The notes under the pieces were generated by a model. It had not been told where the DNA came from and ran no database searches. It worked only from the letters and a program-made list of their open reading frames with translations. From Rhodospirillales bacterium (lineage in GTDB: Bacteria > Pseudomonadota > Alphaproteobacteria > Kiloniellales > JAKSDN01), in assembly GCA_029859805.1 (NCBI GenBank), contig JAOUCL010000001.1:1300-65299 (forward strand): DNA of 64,000 nucleotides, given 5' to 3'. Numbering within the stretch: position 1 is the stretch's first letter; every line of letters begins with the position of its first letter. Made by a program: the position numbers and the translations under genes. Of the stretch, positions 11,694 through 22,795 are shown piece by piece.

Positions 11694-13124
11694 TCAGCCC
11701 TCGAGCATGCGCCGCAGCAGTTCGACGTCCTCGGCAAAGCCGTGGTCGGTCGCCTTTAGCTCCTCGATCCTGCGCACCGCGTGCATCACGGTCGTGTGGT
11801 CCCGGCCGCCGAACTTCCGGCCGATCTCGGGCAGGGACCGCGTGGTCAACTGCTTGGCGAGGTACATCGCCACCTGACGCGGCCGGGCCACGGCGCGCGC
11901 GCGTCGGGCCGAGTGCATGTCGGCGACGCGCACGTTGAAGTGCTCGGCGACGCGCTTTTGAATCTCCTCGATGGTGACCCGCCGGTCGTTGGCGCGCAGC
12001 AGGTCGTGCAGCACCTCCTGGGTCGTCTCGAGGGTGATCGAACGGCCGACCAGGGTGCCGTGGGCGACGATGCGGTTGAGCGCACCCTCCAGCTCGCGCA
12101 CGTTGGACGTGATCTTGTGGGCCAGGAACTCGAGGACCTTGCCGGGAATCTCGGCGGCCATCTGCTCGGCCTTGGCCTGCAGGATGCCGAGGCGCAGCTC
12201 GTAGGTGGTCGGGTGGATGTCCGCGACAAGACCCCAGCCGAGGCGCGAGCGCATGCGCTCCTCGACCCCCTCGAGATCCGTCGGGCTCTTGTCGGCCGAA
12301 ATGACCACCTGGCGGTTCTGGTCGACCAGGGCATTGAAGGTGTGGAAGAACTCTTCCTGGGTCGCCTCGCGCCCGCCGATGAACTGCACGTCGTCGATCA
12401 TCAGCACATCGACCGAGCGGAACTGCTCCTTGAAGGCCATGGTGTCCTTGGTCCTGAGCGCCCGGACGAACTGATACATGAACTTCTCGGCAGAAAGGTA
12501 GATGATCCGGCGCTCGGGCGTGCGCTTCCTGATGTTCCAGGCGATCGCGTGCATGAGATGGGTCTTGCCGAGCCCGACCCCGCCGTAGAGGAACAGCGGA
12601 TTGAAGGGCACGGTCTTGGCCTCGGCGATCCGTCTGGCCGCGGCGTAGGCCAGCTCGTTCGGCTTGCCGACCACGAAGTTTTCGAAGGTGAATCGCGGGT
12701 CGAGGGGCGCGCTGATTTCGCGCCGCCCACCCGAGGCCTTGCCGTCGTACAGGCCGTCGTCGCCGGATTTGGACGGGGCCCTGGCGGCCCTCCTGGCGCG
12801 CGGGCCGGCCTCGGCACAGGCCTCGCCGTCCGAACCCGGCTTCGGATCCGGCCGGGTCGGCGGCTGGACCACGATCTCGACCTTGCTGACCACGTCATTC
12901 TCGTCACCCCAAAGAGCGAAGATTCGCTCCGCATAATTGCTGCGCACCCAGTCGCGCATGAAGCGCGTCGGCACCGACATGCGGACGACGCCATCCTTGG
13001 CGCCCACCAAGGTCAGCGGCTTCAGCCAGCTGCGGAAAGCAGCCTCGCCGACCTCGGTCCGCAACCGACCGCGTACCCGCGCCCACTGTTCGCTCGTGTA
13101 GGAATCGAGATGCCCGATTTGCAT
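11694..13124 (-). CDS. dnaA: Chromosomal replication initiator DnaA
   Basis: 476 aa with AAA+ Walker [11 protein letters not shown], box VII and the C-terminal DNA-binding signature ([38 protein letters not shown]). Confidence 0.98.
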   Translation of the reverse strand: MQIGHLDSYTSEQWARVRGRLRTEVGEAAFRSWLKPLTLVGAKDGVVRMSVPTRFMRDWVRSNYAERIFALWGDENDVVSKVEIVVQPPTRPDPKPGSDGEACAEAGPRARRAARAPSKSGDDGLYDGKASGGRREISAPLDPRFTFENFVVGKPNELAYAAARRIAEAKTVPFNPLFLYGGVGLGKTHLMHAIAWNIRKRTPERRIIYLSAEKFMYQFVRALRTKDTMAFKEQFRSVDVLMIDDVQFIGGREATQEEFFHTFNALVDQNRQVVISADKSPTDLEGVEERMRSRLGWGLVADIHPTTYELRLGILQAKAEQMAAEIPGKVLEFLAHKITSNVRELEGALNRIVAHGTLVGRSITLETTQEVLHDLLRANDRRVTIEEIQKRVAEHFNVRVADMHSARRARAVARPRQVAMYLAKQLTTRSLPEIGRKFGGRDHTTVMHAVRRIEELKATDHGFAEDVELLRRMLEG

Positions 13125-13289
13125 GCCCTTGAACTCTCACCAGAAACGGCAGATACGGACGCCGGAAAAGATCACGGCGCGCAGCCGACACGATGTCGTA
13201 CGAACCGCGTGCCCCCTGTCCGCGCGCCGGTAAGCCCCCTCGGACACGGTGTAATCACAGGCATGGCTCACGGCACGCAACCTCTCTAA

Positions 13290-13520
13290 AACAGGGACTC
13301 CGTCTACGATGGCTTAAAGTATTCGAGCGCCCTCCGGACCGAACACTTCGAAATCAGCATAGCAAATTATAATGGAAGACGCCACCCTCCTGTTTTCCCC
13401 AGACGAACATTCAATTCAGATTAAGTTGTCGCGCATGGTCAGGAGGTTTTTTCTTATTTCGCTTAGAGTTTTACTTATTGTCTGCCCCGCGCGCTGACGT
13501 GGTTAATGTACCTTTCGTAG
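13290..13520. promoter_or_regulatory. AT-rich island in the 563-bp rpsT-dnaA intergenic region (dnaA promoter/leader region)
   Basis: There is a local drop in GC (e.g. AGCAAATTATAATGGAAG, TTCAATTCAGATTAAGTT, TTTTTTCTTATTTCGCTTAGAGTTTTACTTATTG) in an otherwise roughly 65% GC window. I found no convincing TTATCCACA boxes. Confidence 0.45.
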
Positions 13521-13616
13521 CCTAGCATGGCAACGGGTCCGAAAGGGGAACGCAGAATTTTTCTCGGATTTTTCGGCCCGCCAGCCGCGGCGGCGGCACC
13601 GCGCGACCAGCCCACG

Positions 13617-13644
13617 CAAAATCGCGCCCCGACCGGAGCGCGAT
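13617..13644 (-). terminator. Weak candidate terminator after rpsT
   Basis: The minus strand reads ATCGCGC-(10 nt)-GCGCGAT followed by TTTG, about 45 nt after the rpsT stop. The U tract is short. Confidence 0.3.
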
Positions 13645-13687
13645 GCGTAACGGTATCGGAGCGACGAGGCCGCGGCACGAAGGCCGC

Positions 13688-13951
13688 TCAGCCGATCGCC
13701 TTGATCCGGGCGGAAAGGCGCGAGAGTTTCCGACCGACGGTATTGCGGTGAAGCACGCCCTTGGAGACGCCACGGTGCATCTCGGGCTGCGCCGCACGCA
13801 ACGCGGTCTCGGCCGCCGGTTTGTCGCCGCCCGCTATCGCCAGCTCGACCTTCTTCACGAAGGTACGGATCCGGCTGATCCTCGATCGGTTGATCTCGGC
13901 GCGGCGTTCGTTCCGCCGGATCCGCTTCTTAGCGGACTTGTGGTGCGCCAT
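13688..13951 (-). CDS. rpsT: 30S ribosomal protein S20
   Basis: 87 aa, [24 protein letters not shown]..., a typical S20. It lies upstream of dnaA, as in Caulobacter and other alphaproteobacteria. Confidence 0.95.
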   Translation of the reverse strand: MAHHKSAKKRIRRNERRAEINRSRISRIRTFVKKVELAIAGGDKPAAETALRAAQPEMHRGVSKGVLHRNTVGRKLSRLSARIKAIG

Positions 13952-14068
13952 GCTTGTCGACCTGCTCTTTGAGAAATGCCATACGGAAGGCCGGGGTTAT
14001 AGCCCCGGGGCGGGGTGCCGTCAAGCAGTGCGAACGGGCCGCCCGACGGTCCCGGAACCGATTCTTTT

Positions 14069-14845
14069 TCAGCGATTTTTCCACGTTGGCTTGCGTTTCT
14101 CGACGAAGGCCTCCATGCCCTCCTTGCGATCTTCCATGGCGAAAGAGGCGTGGAACATCCGGCGCTCGAACCTGATGCCCTCGGCCAGGGTCGTTTCGTA
14201 GGCCCGATTGACCGCTTCCTTGGCGATCAAGACCGCCGGCCGCGACAGCGAGGCCACCTTGGCGGCCGCCTTCATGGCCTCGTCCATCAGCTTGGCCGCC
14301 GGTACGACCCGCGCGACCAGTCCGGCGCGTTCGGCCTCCTCGGCATCCATCATGCGCCCGGTGAGACAGAGGTCCATGGCCTTGGCCTTGCCGACGGAAC
14401 GGGTCAGCCGCTGGGTGCCGCCCGAGCCCGGGATGGTCCCGAGCGTGATCTCCGGTTGGCCGAACTTGGCCGTATCCGCGGCGATGATCATGTCGCACAT
14501 CATGGCGATCTCGCAGCCGCCGCCCAGCGCATAGCCGGACACCGCGGCGATCACCGGCTTGCGCATCTCGGCCAGGCGTTCCCAGCCCTTGGTGATGAAG
14601 TCCTCGAGGTAGACCTGCATGAAGGTCTTGTCCTGCATCTCCTTGATGTCGGCACCGGCGGCAAAGGCCTTGTCCGAGCCGGTCAGCAGGATGCAGCCGA
14701 TGCCGTCGTCGGCCTCGAAGGCGTCGAGCGCCCGGGCCAGCTCGTCGATCAGGGCGGCACAGAGCGCGTTGAGCGCCTGCGGCCGGTCGAGCGTGATTAC
14801 GCCGACGCCGTCGCGGGTTTCAACCAGGATGTTCTCGTAGGCCAT
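14069..14845 (-). CDS. Enoyl-CoA hydratase (crotonase family)
   Basis: Track ORF trimmed to [28 protein letters not shown] (258 aa). Crotonase motifs are present: [10 protein letters not shown] and [15 protein letters not shown]. Confidence 0.9.
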   Translation of the reverse strand: MAYENILVETRDGVGVITLDRPQALNALCAALIDELARALDAFEADDGIGCILLTGSDKAFAAGADIKEMQDKTFMQVYLEDFITKGWERLAEMRKPVIAAVSGYALGGGCEIAMMCDMIIAADTAKFGQPEITLGTIPGSGGTQRLTRSVGKAKAMDLCLTGRMMDAEEAERAGLVARVVPAAKLMDEAMKAAAKVASLSRPAVLIAKEAVNRAYETTLAEGIRFERRMFHASFAMEDRKEGMEAFVEKRKPTWKNR

Positions 14846-14888
14846 GTGCCGTCGGTCCTCCAAATGTCGTTCGATGTGTCCCGGGCCG

Positions 14889-15272
14889 CTATCGCGGCAC
14901 CAGGGTGAAGCGCACGACGAGCGCGCCGCCGCCGTCCAGAAAATCCAGGGACAGGGTTTCGCCCTCGCGCCGGAACGCCGCGCCGCCGTCCGCTCGCCAG
15001 CCGAGCTGCGGCAGGGCCTGACGATAGAAGGCCAGCACCGCCTCGCGCGTGACCCGGCCCTGGGCATAGGCCTCGACGATGCGCCCGTGCGGCTTGTCGA
15101 ATACGACGCCGGCGCCCTCGACTTCGGCCAGGCCGGGCATCAAGGGCAGGTCCTCGACCTCGGCGATGTAGCCCTGGGCCTGGGCGCGCGGCCCCGGCGC
15201 GTCGGGACCGGCCAGGGCCAGCGCGGCGATCAAGGCGGCGAACAACAGTCGGCGGCGTGTTCTGGTCGGCAT
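14889..15272 (-). CDS. Small secreted hypothetical protein
   Basis: 127 aa with an Arg-rich n-region and hydrophobic signal peptide ([22 protein letters not shown]). It is co-oriented and tightly packed between mutM and the enoyl-CoA hydratase. I recognise no family. Confidence 0.5.
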   Translation of the reverse strand: MPTRTRRRLLFAALIAALALAGPDAPGPRAQAQGYIAEVEDLPLMPGLAEVEGAGVVFDKPHGRIVEAYAQGRVTREAVLAFYRQALPQLGWRADGGAAFRREGETLSLDFLDGGGALVVRFTLVPR

Positions 15273-15287
15273 GCGGGACTACCTACC

Positions 15288-16130
15288 TCACCGCTGGCGC
15301 CTCGGACAATAGAAAGTCGAGCGGTTCGACTGGACCAGCCGGCGGATGCCGCCGCTTTCGGCGGGATCGCAGTCGCAGTCCGGACAGGCCTCCCCGGCAT
15401 GGCCGTAGACCGCCCAGTGGTGCTGGAAGTAGCCCAGTTCGCCGTCCGCCTGCACGTAGTCGCGCAGGCTCGACCCGCCGGCCGCGATTGCCCGGTTCAG
15501 CACGTCGCGGATGGCCGCGACCAGGCGTTCGGCCCGGCCGCCCCGCACCGTATGGGCCGAGCGCCGGGGCGACAGCCCAGCGAAGTAGAGCGCCTCGCAG
15601 GCATAGATGTTGCCGAGGCCGGCCACCACCTTCTGGTCGAGCAGCGCCGCCTTGATCGGCGTCCGCCTGCCGTCAAGCGCGGCAGCCAGCGCCGGCCCGT
15701 TGAAGGCGTTGCCCAGCGGTTCGGGCCCCAGGTCGCGAAGCAGGCGGTGCTGCCACAGGCGCCCTTCCTCGACCAGATCCATGACACCGAAGCGGCGCGC
15801 GTCGTTGAACCGGATCTGGTCGCCCGTCTCGGTGGTGAAGACGACGTGATCGTGCCGCTCGAGCGGCCGGTCCCGGCCGTTGGTCAGCACCATGCGCCCG
15901 GACATGCCGAGGTGGCAGAGCAGCACCTCGCCGCCGTCGAGATGCGCCAGGATGTATTTGGCGCGCCGGCCGATGGACAGCACCCGGCGGCCCCGCAGAC
16001 GCCCGGCGAAGTCGGCCGGCAGAGGAAAGCGCAGGCTTGCGCAGCGTTGCTCGACCTCGGCCAGCACCCGCCCTTCCAGCTTGGGGCGCAGGCCGCGCAC
16101 GACCGTCTCGACTTCGGGCAGCTCGGGCAT
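15288..16130 (-). CDS. mutM: Formamidopyrimidine-DNA glycosylase
   Basis: 280 aa with the N-terminal catalytic MPELPEVE and a C-terminal zinc finger (CPDCDC...FYCPRRQ). Confidence 0.95.
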   Translation of the reverse strand: MPELPEVETVVRGLRPKLEGRVLAEVEQRCASLRFPLPADFAGRLRGRRVLSIGRRAKYILAHLDGGEVLLCHLGMSGRMVLTNGRDRPLERHDHVVFTTETGDQIRFNDARRFGVMDLVEEGRLWQHRLLRDLGPEPLGNAFNGPALAAALDGRRTPIKAALLDQKVVAGLGNIYACEALYFAGLSPRRSAHTVRGGRAERLVAAIRDVLNRAIAAGGSSLRDYVQADGELGYFQHHWAVYGHAGEACPDCDCDPAESGGIRRLVQSNRSTFYCPRRQR

Positions 16131-16207
16131 GAATATCTGGGCAGAAATCCGGGAAAGGAGCGGGAGATAGTATAGCGCGAGCCGGGGGCGCGCGCTATGG
16201 TCCGCAC

Positions 16208-17017
16208 ATGACCTCCAGGGCCTCCCGCGACACCCCGCCGCCAGACGACCCTGCCGACCGGCCGGAGCGGGCCGGCACTACGCATTTCGGCTTCGAGGAG
16301 ATCGCGGAAGGGGACAAGGCGCCCCGGGTGCGCGGCGTCTTCGAGAGCGTCTCCAACCGCTACGACCTCATGAACGACCTGATGTCGGGCGGCGTGCATC
16401 GGCTGTGGAAGGCGGCCATGATCGACTGGCTCGACCCGCGCCCGGGGCTGTCTCTGCTCGACGTGGCCGGCGGCACCGGGGACATCGCGCTGCGCGTGAT
16501 CGAGCGGCTCGGCCCGGAGCGCTGCGGGTTGGCCGTGGTCTGCGACCTGACGCCCGACATGCTGGCGATCGGCCGCGACCGGGCGCTCGACCGGGGTGTT
16601 CTGGGCGGCATCCACTGGGTCTGCGGCAACGCCGAGGCCCTGCCCCTGCCGGACCGCTGCACGGACGCTTATACCATCGCCTTTGGGCTGAGGAACGTGA
16701 CCCGGATCGAGCCGGCGCTCGCCGAGGCGCGCCGGGTGCTCCGGCCCGGCGGCCGCTTTCTCTGCCTGGAGTTCAGCCGCGTCGTGCTGCCGGTCCTGGC
16801 CCGACTTTACGACCTCTACTCCTTCAAGGTGCTGCCGGCCATGGGCGAGCTGGTCACGGGCGACCGTGACGCCTACCGTTATCTGGTCGAGAGCATTCGT
16901 CGGTTTCCGGCCCAGGACGAGCTGGCCGCGATGATGAGGGCGGCCGGCCTCGAGCAGGTGCGCTACCGCAACCTGACCGGCGGCGTGGCCGCCCTGCATT
17001 CGGCCTGGCGCCTTTGA
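16208..17017 (+). CDS. ubiE: Ubiquinone/menaquinone biosynthesis C-methyltransferase UbiE
   Basis: 269 aa with motifs [17 protein letters not shown] and the SAM-binding LDVAGGTGD. It is followed by ubiB. Confidence 0.92.
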   Translation: MTSRASRDTPPPDDPADRPERAGTTHFGFEEIAEGDKAPRVRGVFESVSNRYDLMNDLMSGGVHRLWKAAMIDWLDPRPGLSLLDVAGGTGDIALRVIERLGPERCGLAVVCDLTPDMLAIGRDRALDRGVLGGIHWVCGNAEALPLPDRCTDAYTIAFGLRNVTRIEPALAEARRVLRPGGRFLCLEFSRVVLPVLARLYDLYSFKVLPAMGELVTGDRDAYRYLVESIRRFPAQDELAAMMRAAGLEQVRYRNLTGGVAALHSAWRL

Positions 17018-18597
17018 TGGAGCGCGCCGGATTGGCCCCGGGCCTGCTGCGCCCGCTGCGCCTGGCCTGGCGCCTACTGGCGATCGCGCGCAGCCTGGCG
17101 CGCCACGACGCCCTGGCGCCCCTGGAGGAGGCCGGCATCGCGCCGGGCGTGGTCTGGCTGGCCCGCCTGGTCTCGCGCTCCCGGGCCGAGGGGCGCCCGG
17201 GCCAGAAGGTGGCCCGAGCGCTGACCGAGCTCGGGCCGAGCTTCATCAAGCTGGGCCAGTTTCTCTCGACCCGGGCCGACCTGCTTGGCGAGCAGCTGGC
17301 TGCCGACCTCTCGGAGCTGCAGGACCGCCTGCCGCCGTTTTCCAGCGCAGAGGCGCGGCGTACCATCGAGGCGGAGCTCGGGCGCCCGGTCGAGGAGCTC
17401 TTCGCCAATTTCGACGACACGCCGGTCTCCGCGGCCTCGATCGCCCAGGTGCACTTCGCGGTGACCCCAACGGCCGAGGGTCAGGCAAGCGAGGACGTCG
17501 CGGTCAAGGTGCTGCGGCCGGGAATCGAGCGCGCCTTCGCCCGCGACCTCGAGCTGTTCTACGCCCTGGCCGCCTTGACCGAACGTGCCCAGCCCAAGCT
17601 GCGTCGCTTCAAGCCGGTCGAGGTGGTCGGTGTTTTCGAGGCGACGGTACGGATTGAGATGGACCTGCGCATGGAGGCGGCGGCAGCCTCCGAGCTGGCG
17701 GAGAACTTCGCCGGCGACCCCAGCTACTGGGTACCGCAGGTCGACTGGCAGCGCTCGTCGCGCCGGGTGTTGACCGCAAGCCAACTCACCGGCATTCCGC
17801 TCGACGACCGCGACGCCCTGCTTGCCGCCGGCCACGATCTCGAGGAGGTCCTCACCAAGGCGGCGACGATCTTCTTTAAGCAAGTGTTTCGCGACGGATT
17901 CTTTCACGGCGACCAGCACCCAGGCAACATGTCGGTCGACCGGGAAGGCAACATCGTCGCCGTGGACTTCGGCATTATGGGACGGCTCGATCGCAGGACG
18001 CGCTGCTATCTGGCCGACATGCTGCTGGCCACGCTGGCGCGCGACTACCGGCGCCTGGCCGAGGTGCACGTCGAGGCCGGCTACCTGCCGCCGGGCGAGG
18101 CGCTCGACACCTTCGCCCAGGCGCTGCGCTCGGTCTGCGAGCCGATCTTCGGGCGGTCGCTCAACGACATCTCTTTCGCGCGCCTCCTGGCCCAGCTGCT
18201 GCAGCTCACCGAATCCTTCAACATGCCGGTGCAGCCCCAGCTCCTGCTGCTGCAGAAGAACATGCTGATGGCCGAGGGCGTGAGCCGACGGCTCGACCCC
18301 ACGCTCAACATTTGGTTGCTCGCCCAGCCGCTGATCGAAAACTGGATGCGCGAGAACCGCGGCCCGGAGGCCCGTCTGCGCGACGCGACCCAGGACCTCG
18401 CACGCACGCTCGAGCGCCTGCCGGGGACGCTGGCCGATCTTGAGCGCGCCGCCGCCGACCTCGCTACGTATGGCCTCAAGCTGCACCCGGAGACGATCAA
18501 GGCCTTCGGCGCGGAACGTAACGGCGAAGGTGTTTCGCGTTGGGCGCTCTGGATCGCGCTGGCGGCGCTCGCAGTGGCCGTCGCTGCCGTGCTGTAA
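17017..18597 (+). CDS. ubiB: Ubiquinone biosynthesis protein kinase-like UbiB (ABC1/ADCK family)
   Basis: About 526 aa with GPSFIKLGQFLSTRADLL, ASIAQVH, VAVKVLRPG and FFHGDQHPGN. ATG 17017 overlaps the ubiE stop (TGATG). The track uses TTG 17014. Confidence 0.92.
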   Translation: MERAGLAPGLLRPLRLAWRLLAIARSLARHDALAPLEEAGIAPGVVWLARLVSRSRAEGRPGQKVARALTELGPSFIKLGQFLSTRADLLGEQLAADLSELQDRLPPFSSAEARRTIEAELGRPVEELFANFDDTPVSAASIAQVHFAVTPTAEGQASEDVAVKVLRPGIERAFARDLELFYALAALTERAQPKLRRFKPVEVVGVFEATVRIEMDLRMEAAAASELAENFAGDPSYWVPQVDWQRSSRRVLTASQLTGIPLDDRDALLAAGHDLEEVLTKAATIFFKQVFRDGFFHGDQHPGNMSVDREGNIVAVDFGIMGRLDRRTRCYLADMLLATLARDYRRLAEVHVEAGYLPPGEALDTFAQALRSVCEPIFGRSLNDISFARLLAQLLQLTESFNMPVQPQLLLLQKNMLMAEGVSRRLDPTLNIWLLAQPLIENWMRENRGPEARLRDATQDLARTLERLPGTLADLERAAADLATYGLKLHPETIKAFGAERNGEGVSRWALWIALAALAVAVAAVL

Positions 18598-18686
18598 TAC
18601 CGAGATCGACCCTGGACGCTTGCCACGGCAAGGTCGCCGGCTTAGGTTATCTACGGTGAAACGGCGTGAAATCGGGTATTTTACCT

Positions 18687-19907
18687 ATGCTGGCGGGTAA
18701 ACGCATTCTCCTCATCATCTCGGGCGGCATCGCGGCCTACAAGTGCCTCGAGCTGATCCGCCGGCTGCGCGAGAGGGGCACCGCGGTGCGCTGCATCCTG
18801 ACCAAGGCCGGCGGCCAGTTCGTCACGCCGCTGGCGGTTTCCGCGCTCAGCGAGGATAAGGTCTACGGCGAGCTCTTCTCGCTGACCGACGAGGCCGAGA
18901 TGGGCCACATCCAGCTGTCGCGCGATGCCGACCTACTGGTCGTGGCGCCGGCCACCGCCGACCTCCTGGCCAGGATGGCGACCGGCCGGGCCGACGACCT
19001 GGCCTCGACCGCGCTGCTCGCGACCGACAAGCCGGTCCTGGTGGCGCCGGCCATGAACGTGCGCATGTGGGAACACGCGGCGACCAAGGCGAACATGGCG
19101 CTCCTGGTCGAACGCGGCGTGATGACCGTCGGCCCCAACGAGGGCGAGATGGCCTGCGGCGAGTACGGCCTTGGGCGCATGGCCGAGGCGGCCGAGATCC
19201 TGACCGCCATCGAGGCGTACTTCGGTACCGACGCGCCGCTCAGCGGGCGCCGTGCGCTGGTCACCAGCGGCCCCACGGTCGAGGCGATCGACCCGGTACG
19301 CTACCTCGCCAACCGCTCCTCCGGCCGGCAGGGCCACGCGATCGCCCTCGCCCTCGCCCGCCTCGGCGCCGAAACGACGCTGGTTTCCGGACCGACGCGC
19401 CTCGACGACCCGCCGGGCGTCCAGGTGGTCGCCGTCGAGTCGGCCGAGGAGATGCTGGCCGCGTGCCAGGCGGCGCTGCCGGTCGAAGTGGCGGTCTGCG
19501 CCGCGGCGGTCTCCGACTGGCGGGTCAAGACGCAAAGCGGGCAGAAGCTCAAGAAGAACGGCGGCGCACCGCCGCAGATCGAGCTGGCGGTCAATCCGGA
19601 CATCCTGGCGAGCCTTTCGGCGGCGGGCAACAAAAGGCCGCGCCTGGTGGTCGGCTTCGCGGCGGAAACCGAGAAAGTCGTCGCGCACGCCAAGGCAAAG
19701 CTGAAGTCCAAGGGTTGCGACTGGATCCTTGCCAACGATGTCTCGCCGGGTACCGGTATTTTCGGCGGCGCGGACAACCTGATCCACCTGATCGACGGGT
19801 CGGGAGTCGAGGACTGGCCGCGCATGACCAAGCAGGAAGTCGCCGAACGCCTGGCCCGGCGGATCGCCGGCGCGCTGGACTCAATCTCTGGGAGCAGCGG
19901 AGCATGA
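18687..19907 (+). CDS. coaBC: Bifunctional phosphopantothenoylcysteine decarboxylase / phosphopantothenate-cysteine ligase
   Basis: Starts [19 protein letters not shown] (flavoprotein domain). The C-terminal CoaB domain is visible ([24 protein letters not shown]). The track start 18666 is a GTG upstream. Confidence 0.93.
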   Translation: MLAGKRILLIISGGIAAYKCLELIRRLRERGTAVRCILTKAGGQFVTPLAVSALSEDKVYGELFSLTDEAEMGHIQLSRDADLLVVAPATADLLARMATGRADDLASTALLATDKPVLVAPAMNVRMWEHAATKANMALLVERGVMTVGPNEGEMACGEYGLGRMAEAAEILTAIEAYFGTDAPLSGRRALVTSGPTVEAIDPVRYLANRSSGRQGHAIALALARLGAETTLVSGPTRLDDPPGVQVVAVESAEEMLAACQAALPVEVAVCAAAVSDWRVKTQSGQKLKKNGGAPPQIELAVNPDILASLSAAGNKRPRLVVGFAAETEKVVAHAKAKLKSKGCDWILANDVSPGTGIFGGADNLIHLIDGSGVEDWPRMTKQEVAERLARRIAGALDSISGSSGA

Positions 19908-20392
19908 CCCCGATCGAGATCGCCGTCCGGCGCCTGCCGCACGCCGCGGATCTGGACCTGCCGGCCTATGCGACGCCGGAGAGCGCCGGCATGGACCTGC
20001 TGGCGGCGGTCGAGGTCGAGGTCGTGCTTCAGCCTGGCGAACGGCGACTGGTCCCGAGTGGTCTGGCCATCGCATTGCCGGCCGGCTACGAGGCGCAGGT
20101 CCGGCCGCGCTCCGGCCTCGCGCTCAAGCACGGCGTGACGGTCCTCAACGCGCCGGGAACGGTCGACGCCGACTATCGCGGCGAGATCGGAGTCATCCTG
20201 GTCAACCTGGGCCAGGACCCCTTCGTCGTGACCCGTGGCTGCCGAATAGCCCAGCTGGTCGTGGCCGCCGTCGGCCGGGCGGTCTGGCGGCCGGCCGAGG
20301 CCCTTGAGCAAAGCGTGCGGGGCGTCGGGGGGTTCGGTTCGACGGGGCTGGGCGACGCGCGCGTCGGCCCAGCAAAGGGTGCGGCGGAGTAG
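19904..20392 (+). CDS. dut: dUTP diphosphatase
   Basis: Inside track ORF 19067..20392. The ATG overlaps the coaBC stop (ATGA). dUTPase motifs are present: [36 protein letters not shown]. Confidence 0.93.
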   Translation: MTPIEIAVRRLPHAADLDLPAYATPESAGMDLLAAVEVEVVLQPGERRLVPSGLAIALPAGYEAQVRPRSGLALKHGVTVLNAPGTVDADYRGEIGVILVNLGQDPFVVTRGCRIAQLVVAAVGRAVWRPAEALEQSVRGVGGFGSTGLGDARVGPAKGAAE

Positions 20393-20399
20393 TGGGGCC

Positions 20400-20855
20400 A
20401 TGCTGAGGCTGTCGAGGAAGCTGCTGTTCGCCATCGAGGCGGTGGTCGACATCGCCTACAACGCCGGGCCCTCGCCGGTGCGGTCCACCGAGATCTCGCG
20501 CCGCCAGGGCATCCCGCGGCGCTACCTCGAACAGGTGCTCCAACAGCTCGTGCACCAGGGCATCCTGTCCGGGCAACGCGGCCCGCGCGGCGGCTACCGC
20601 CTGGCCCGGGAACGCCGGCGCATCACGGTCGGCGAGATCATACGCGTCGTGCGCAACGTGGAGGGCGCGGGCGATCCGGCCGGCGAACCCGACGGCTCGG
20701 AGATCGGCATCAAGGTCGTGCGGCCGATCTGGATCGAGATGCAGCGCGAGATGATGGCGCGCCTCGATTCCCTCACCATAGAGGACCTCTGCGAGAGGGC
20801 GCGCGAGCAGCAGGTGCCCCGAAAGCTCGCGGGGGTGCCCGACTTCAGCATCTGA
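20400..20855 (+). CDS. Rrf2 family transcriptional regulator lacking the three-Cys cluster ligands
   Basis: Track ORF trimmed to MLRLSRKLLFAIEAVVDIAYN (151 aa). An Rrf2 wHTH is present (STEISRRQGIPRRYLEQVLQQLVHQGIL). It has only one Cys. The start is 8 nt after the dut stop. Confidence 0.8.
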   Translation: MLRLSRKLLFAIEAVVDIAYNAGPSPVRSTEISRRQGIPRRYLEQVLQQLVHQGILSGQRGPRGGYRLARERRRITVGEIIRVVRNVEGAGDPAGEPDGSEIGIKVVRPIWIEMQREMMARLDSLTIEDLCERAREQQVPRKLAGVPDFSI

Positions 20856-20967
20856 CGGCCGGGGCGGCGCGCGGCGGCGCCGGTTGATCCCGCACCCGGT
20901 CGGCAGCTGACCCTTGTTGGGATCGCGTTGATAGTCTTGTTTGACTGGATCCAAGGGAGGTACTTCG

Positions 20968-21936
20968 ATGGACAGCACCGTGTCGACGACTGGCGAGTTT
21001 CGCGGCCGTGTCTACGACGACGTTTTGGGCACGATCGGTGCAACGCCCCTGGTGCGCCTGAACAAGCTGATGCGGCGCCATGCCAGCAAGGCGGAGATCC
21101 TGGGCAAGTGCGAGTTCTTCAATCCGCTCGGCTCGGTCAAGGACCGGATCGGCCTCGCCATGATCGAGGCGCTCGAGGCCGAGGGCCGGATCGGGCCCGA
21201 TACCACGATCGTCGAGCCGACCAGCGGCAACACCGGCATCGCGCTCGCCTTCGTCTGCGCAGCGAAGGGCTACCGCCTGACCCTGACCATGCCCGACACC
21301 ATGTCCGTTGAGCGGCGCAAGATGCTGCAGATCCTGGACGTCGACCTGGTGCTCACCCCGGGCGCCGAGGGCATGCGCGGCGCGATCGCCAAGGCGGAGG
21401 CCCTGTTGCAGGAGCTGCCCGACGCCGTGATGCCCCAGCAGTTCGCCAACCCGGCTAACCCGGCGGTGCACCGCGAAACCACCGCCGAGGAGATCTGGAA
21501 GGACACCGCCGGGCAGGTCGACGTGGTGATTTCCGGCGTCGGCACCGGCGGCACCCTGACCGGCATCGGCCAAGTTCTCAAGGCGCGCAAGGCCGGAGTG
21601 GAGATGATCGCCGTCGAACCCGAGGACAGCCCGGTCCTGTCCGGCGGTGAGCCGGGACCGCACAAGATCCAGGGCATCGGCGCGGGCTTCGTGCCCGAGG
21701 TGCTGGACACCGGCCTGATCGACGAGGTGTTGTGCATCGCCAACGACACCGCGATCGCGGTCGCGCGCGAGGCCGCGAGCCTCGAAGGCTTGCCGGTCGG
21801 CATCTCCTCGGGGGCGGCCCTGGCTGCGGCGCTCGAGGTCGGGGCCCGGCCCGAGAAGGCGGGCAAAACGATCGTGGCCGTGCTACCGTCCTTCGCCGAG
21901 CGCTATCTTTCGACCGACCTGTTCGAGGGCGATTAG
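20968..21936 (+). CDS. cysK: Cysteine synthase A (O-acetylserine sulfhydrylase)
   Basis: PLP-enzyme motifs are present: [15 protein letters not shown] (Lys), [22 protein letters not shown] and [10 protein letters not shown]. The start is MDSTVS, with AGGGAGG upstream. Confidence 0.93.
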   Translation: MDSTVSTTGEFRGRVYDDVLGTIGATPLVRLNKLMRRHASKAEILGKCEFFNPLGSVKDRIGLAMIEALEAEGRIGPDTTIVEPTSGNTGIALAFVCAAKGYRLTLTMPDTMSVERRKMLQILDVDLVLTPGAEGMRGAIAKAEALLQELPDAVMPQQFANPANPAVHRETTAEEIWKDTAGQVDVVISGVGTGGTLTGIGQVLKARKAGVEMIAVEPEDSPVLSGGEPGPHKIQGIGAGFVPEVLDTGLIDEVLCIANDTAIAVAREAASLEGLPVGISSGAALAAALEVGARPEKAGKTIVAVLPSFAERYLSTDLFEGD

Positions 21937-21949
21937 GGACCCGGAAGCC

Positions 21950-22774
21950 ATGGACCTGGAACTGACCGATCCGCAGATCGAGCGTTATGCGCGCCACCTG
22001 GTGCTTCCCGAGGTGGGCGAAGAGGGCCAGGCGCGCCTCCTGGGTTCGCGGGTCCTGGTGGTCGGCGCGGGCGGCCTGGGCTCGCCGCTGCTGCTCTATC
22101 TGGCCGCCGCCGGGGTCGGCACCCTCGGCGTGGTCGACGACGACCAGGTCGACCTGTCCAACCTGCAGCGCCAGATCGTGCATGACACCTCCAACGTCGG
22201 CCTCGACAAGGTCGACAGCGCCAAGGCGCGCCTGGCCGAGATCAACCCCGAGGTCCGGGTGGTTACACACAAGGAGCGCCTCGTGCCAGGCAACGCCCTG
22301 GAGCTGATCGGCCAATACGATCTGGTCGCCGACGGCTCGGACAATTTCCCGACCCGCTACCTGGTGAACGACGCCTGCTACCTCGCGCGCAAGACCCTGG
22401 TCGCGGCCGCGATCATGCGCTTCGACGGACAGCTCTCGACCTACAAGGCCCATGAGGACAGCGCGCAGCCTTGCTACCGCTGCATCTTCGGCGCGCAGCC
22501 GGGAGATCCGAAACAGAGCTGCGCGGACGTCGGCGTCCTCGGCGCCCTGGCCGGCACGCTGGGTGCGCTGCAGGCGACAGAGGTGATCAAGGAGCTGCTG
22601 GGCATCGGTGAGAGCCTGGCCGGTCGCCTGCTGCTCTACGACTCCCTGGGCACCAGCTTTCACACGGTCAAGCTCAAGGCGGACCCGGCCTGTCCGCTGT
22701 GCGGCCCGCAGGCAAGCATCCGCGACCTCGAGACGGCCTCCTACAGGGAGTCCGAGCCCTACTGCGCCGCCTGA
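21950..22774 (+). CDS. moeB: ThiF/MoeB family adenylyltransferase (molybdopterin-synthase adenylyltransferase-like)
   Basis: 274 aa with RYARHLVLPEVGEEGQ, the nucleotide loop VVGAGGLGSP, DDDQVDLSNLQRQ and two CxxC pairs (CYRC, CPLC). It starts 13 nt after cysK. Confidence 0.85.
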   Translation: MDLELTDPQIERYARHLVLPEVGEEGQARLLGSRVLVVGAGGLGSPLLLYLAAAGVGTLGVVDDDQVDLSNLQRQIVHDTSNVGLDKVDSAKARLAEINPEVRVVTHKERLVPGNALELIGQYDLVADGSDNFPTRYLVNDACYLARKTLVAAAIMRFDGQLSTYKAHEDSAQPCYRCIFGAQPGDPKQSCADVGVLGALAGTLGALQATEVIKELLGIGESLAGRLLLYDSLGTSFHTVKLKADPACPLCGPQASIRDLETASYRESEPYCAA

Positions 22775-22795
22775 GGGCGGCGGGGCGGCCGCGGG

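Noticed and set aside
13125-13687. Possible chromosomal origin (oriC) next to dnaA.
   Set aside because: No cluster of DnaA boxes was found; the best match is 7 of 9. There are no CtrA boxes and no switch in gene orientation. Alphaproteobacterial origins are frequently elsewhere. It is kept only as a dnaA promoter/leader region, pending GC-skew analysis of the whole replicon.
14844-16175. The 443-aa plus-strand ORF here and the 371-aa minus-strand ORF at 15884..16999.
   Set aside because: They overlap mutM and ubiE, which have diagnostic motifs, on the opposite strand or in another frame.
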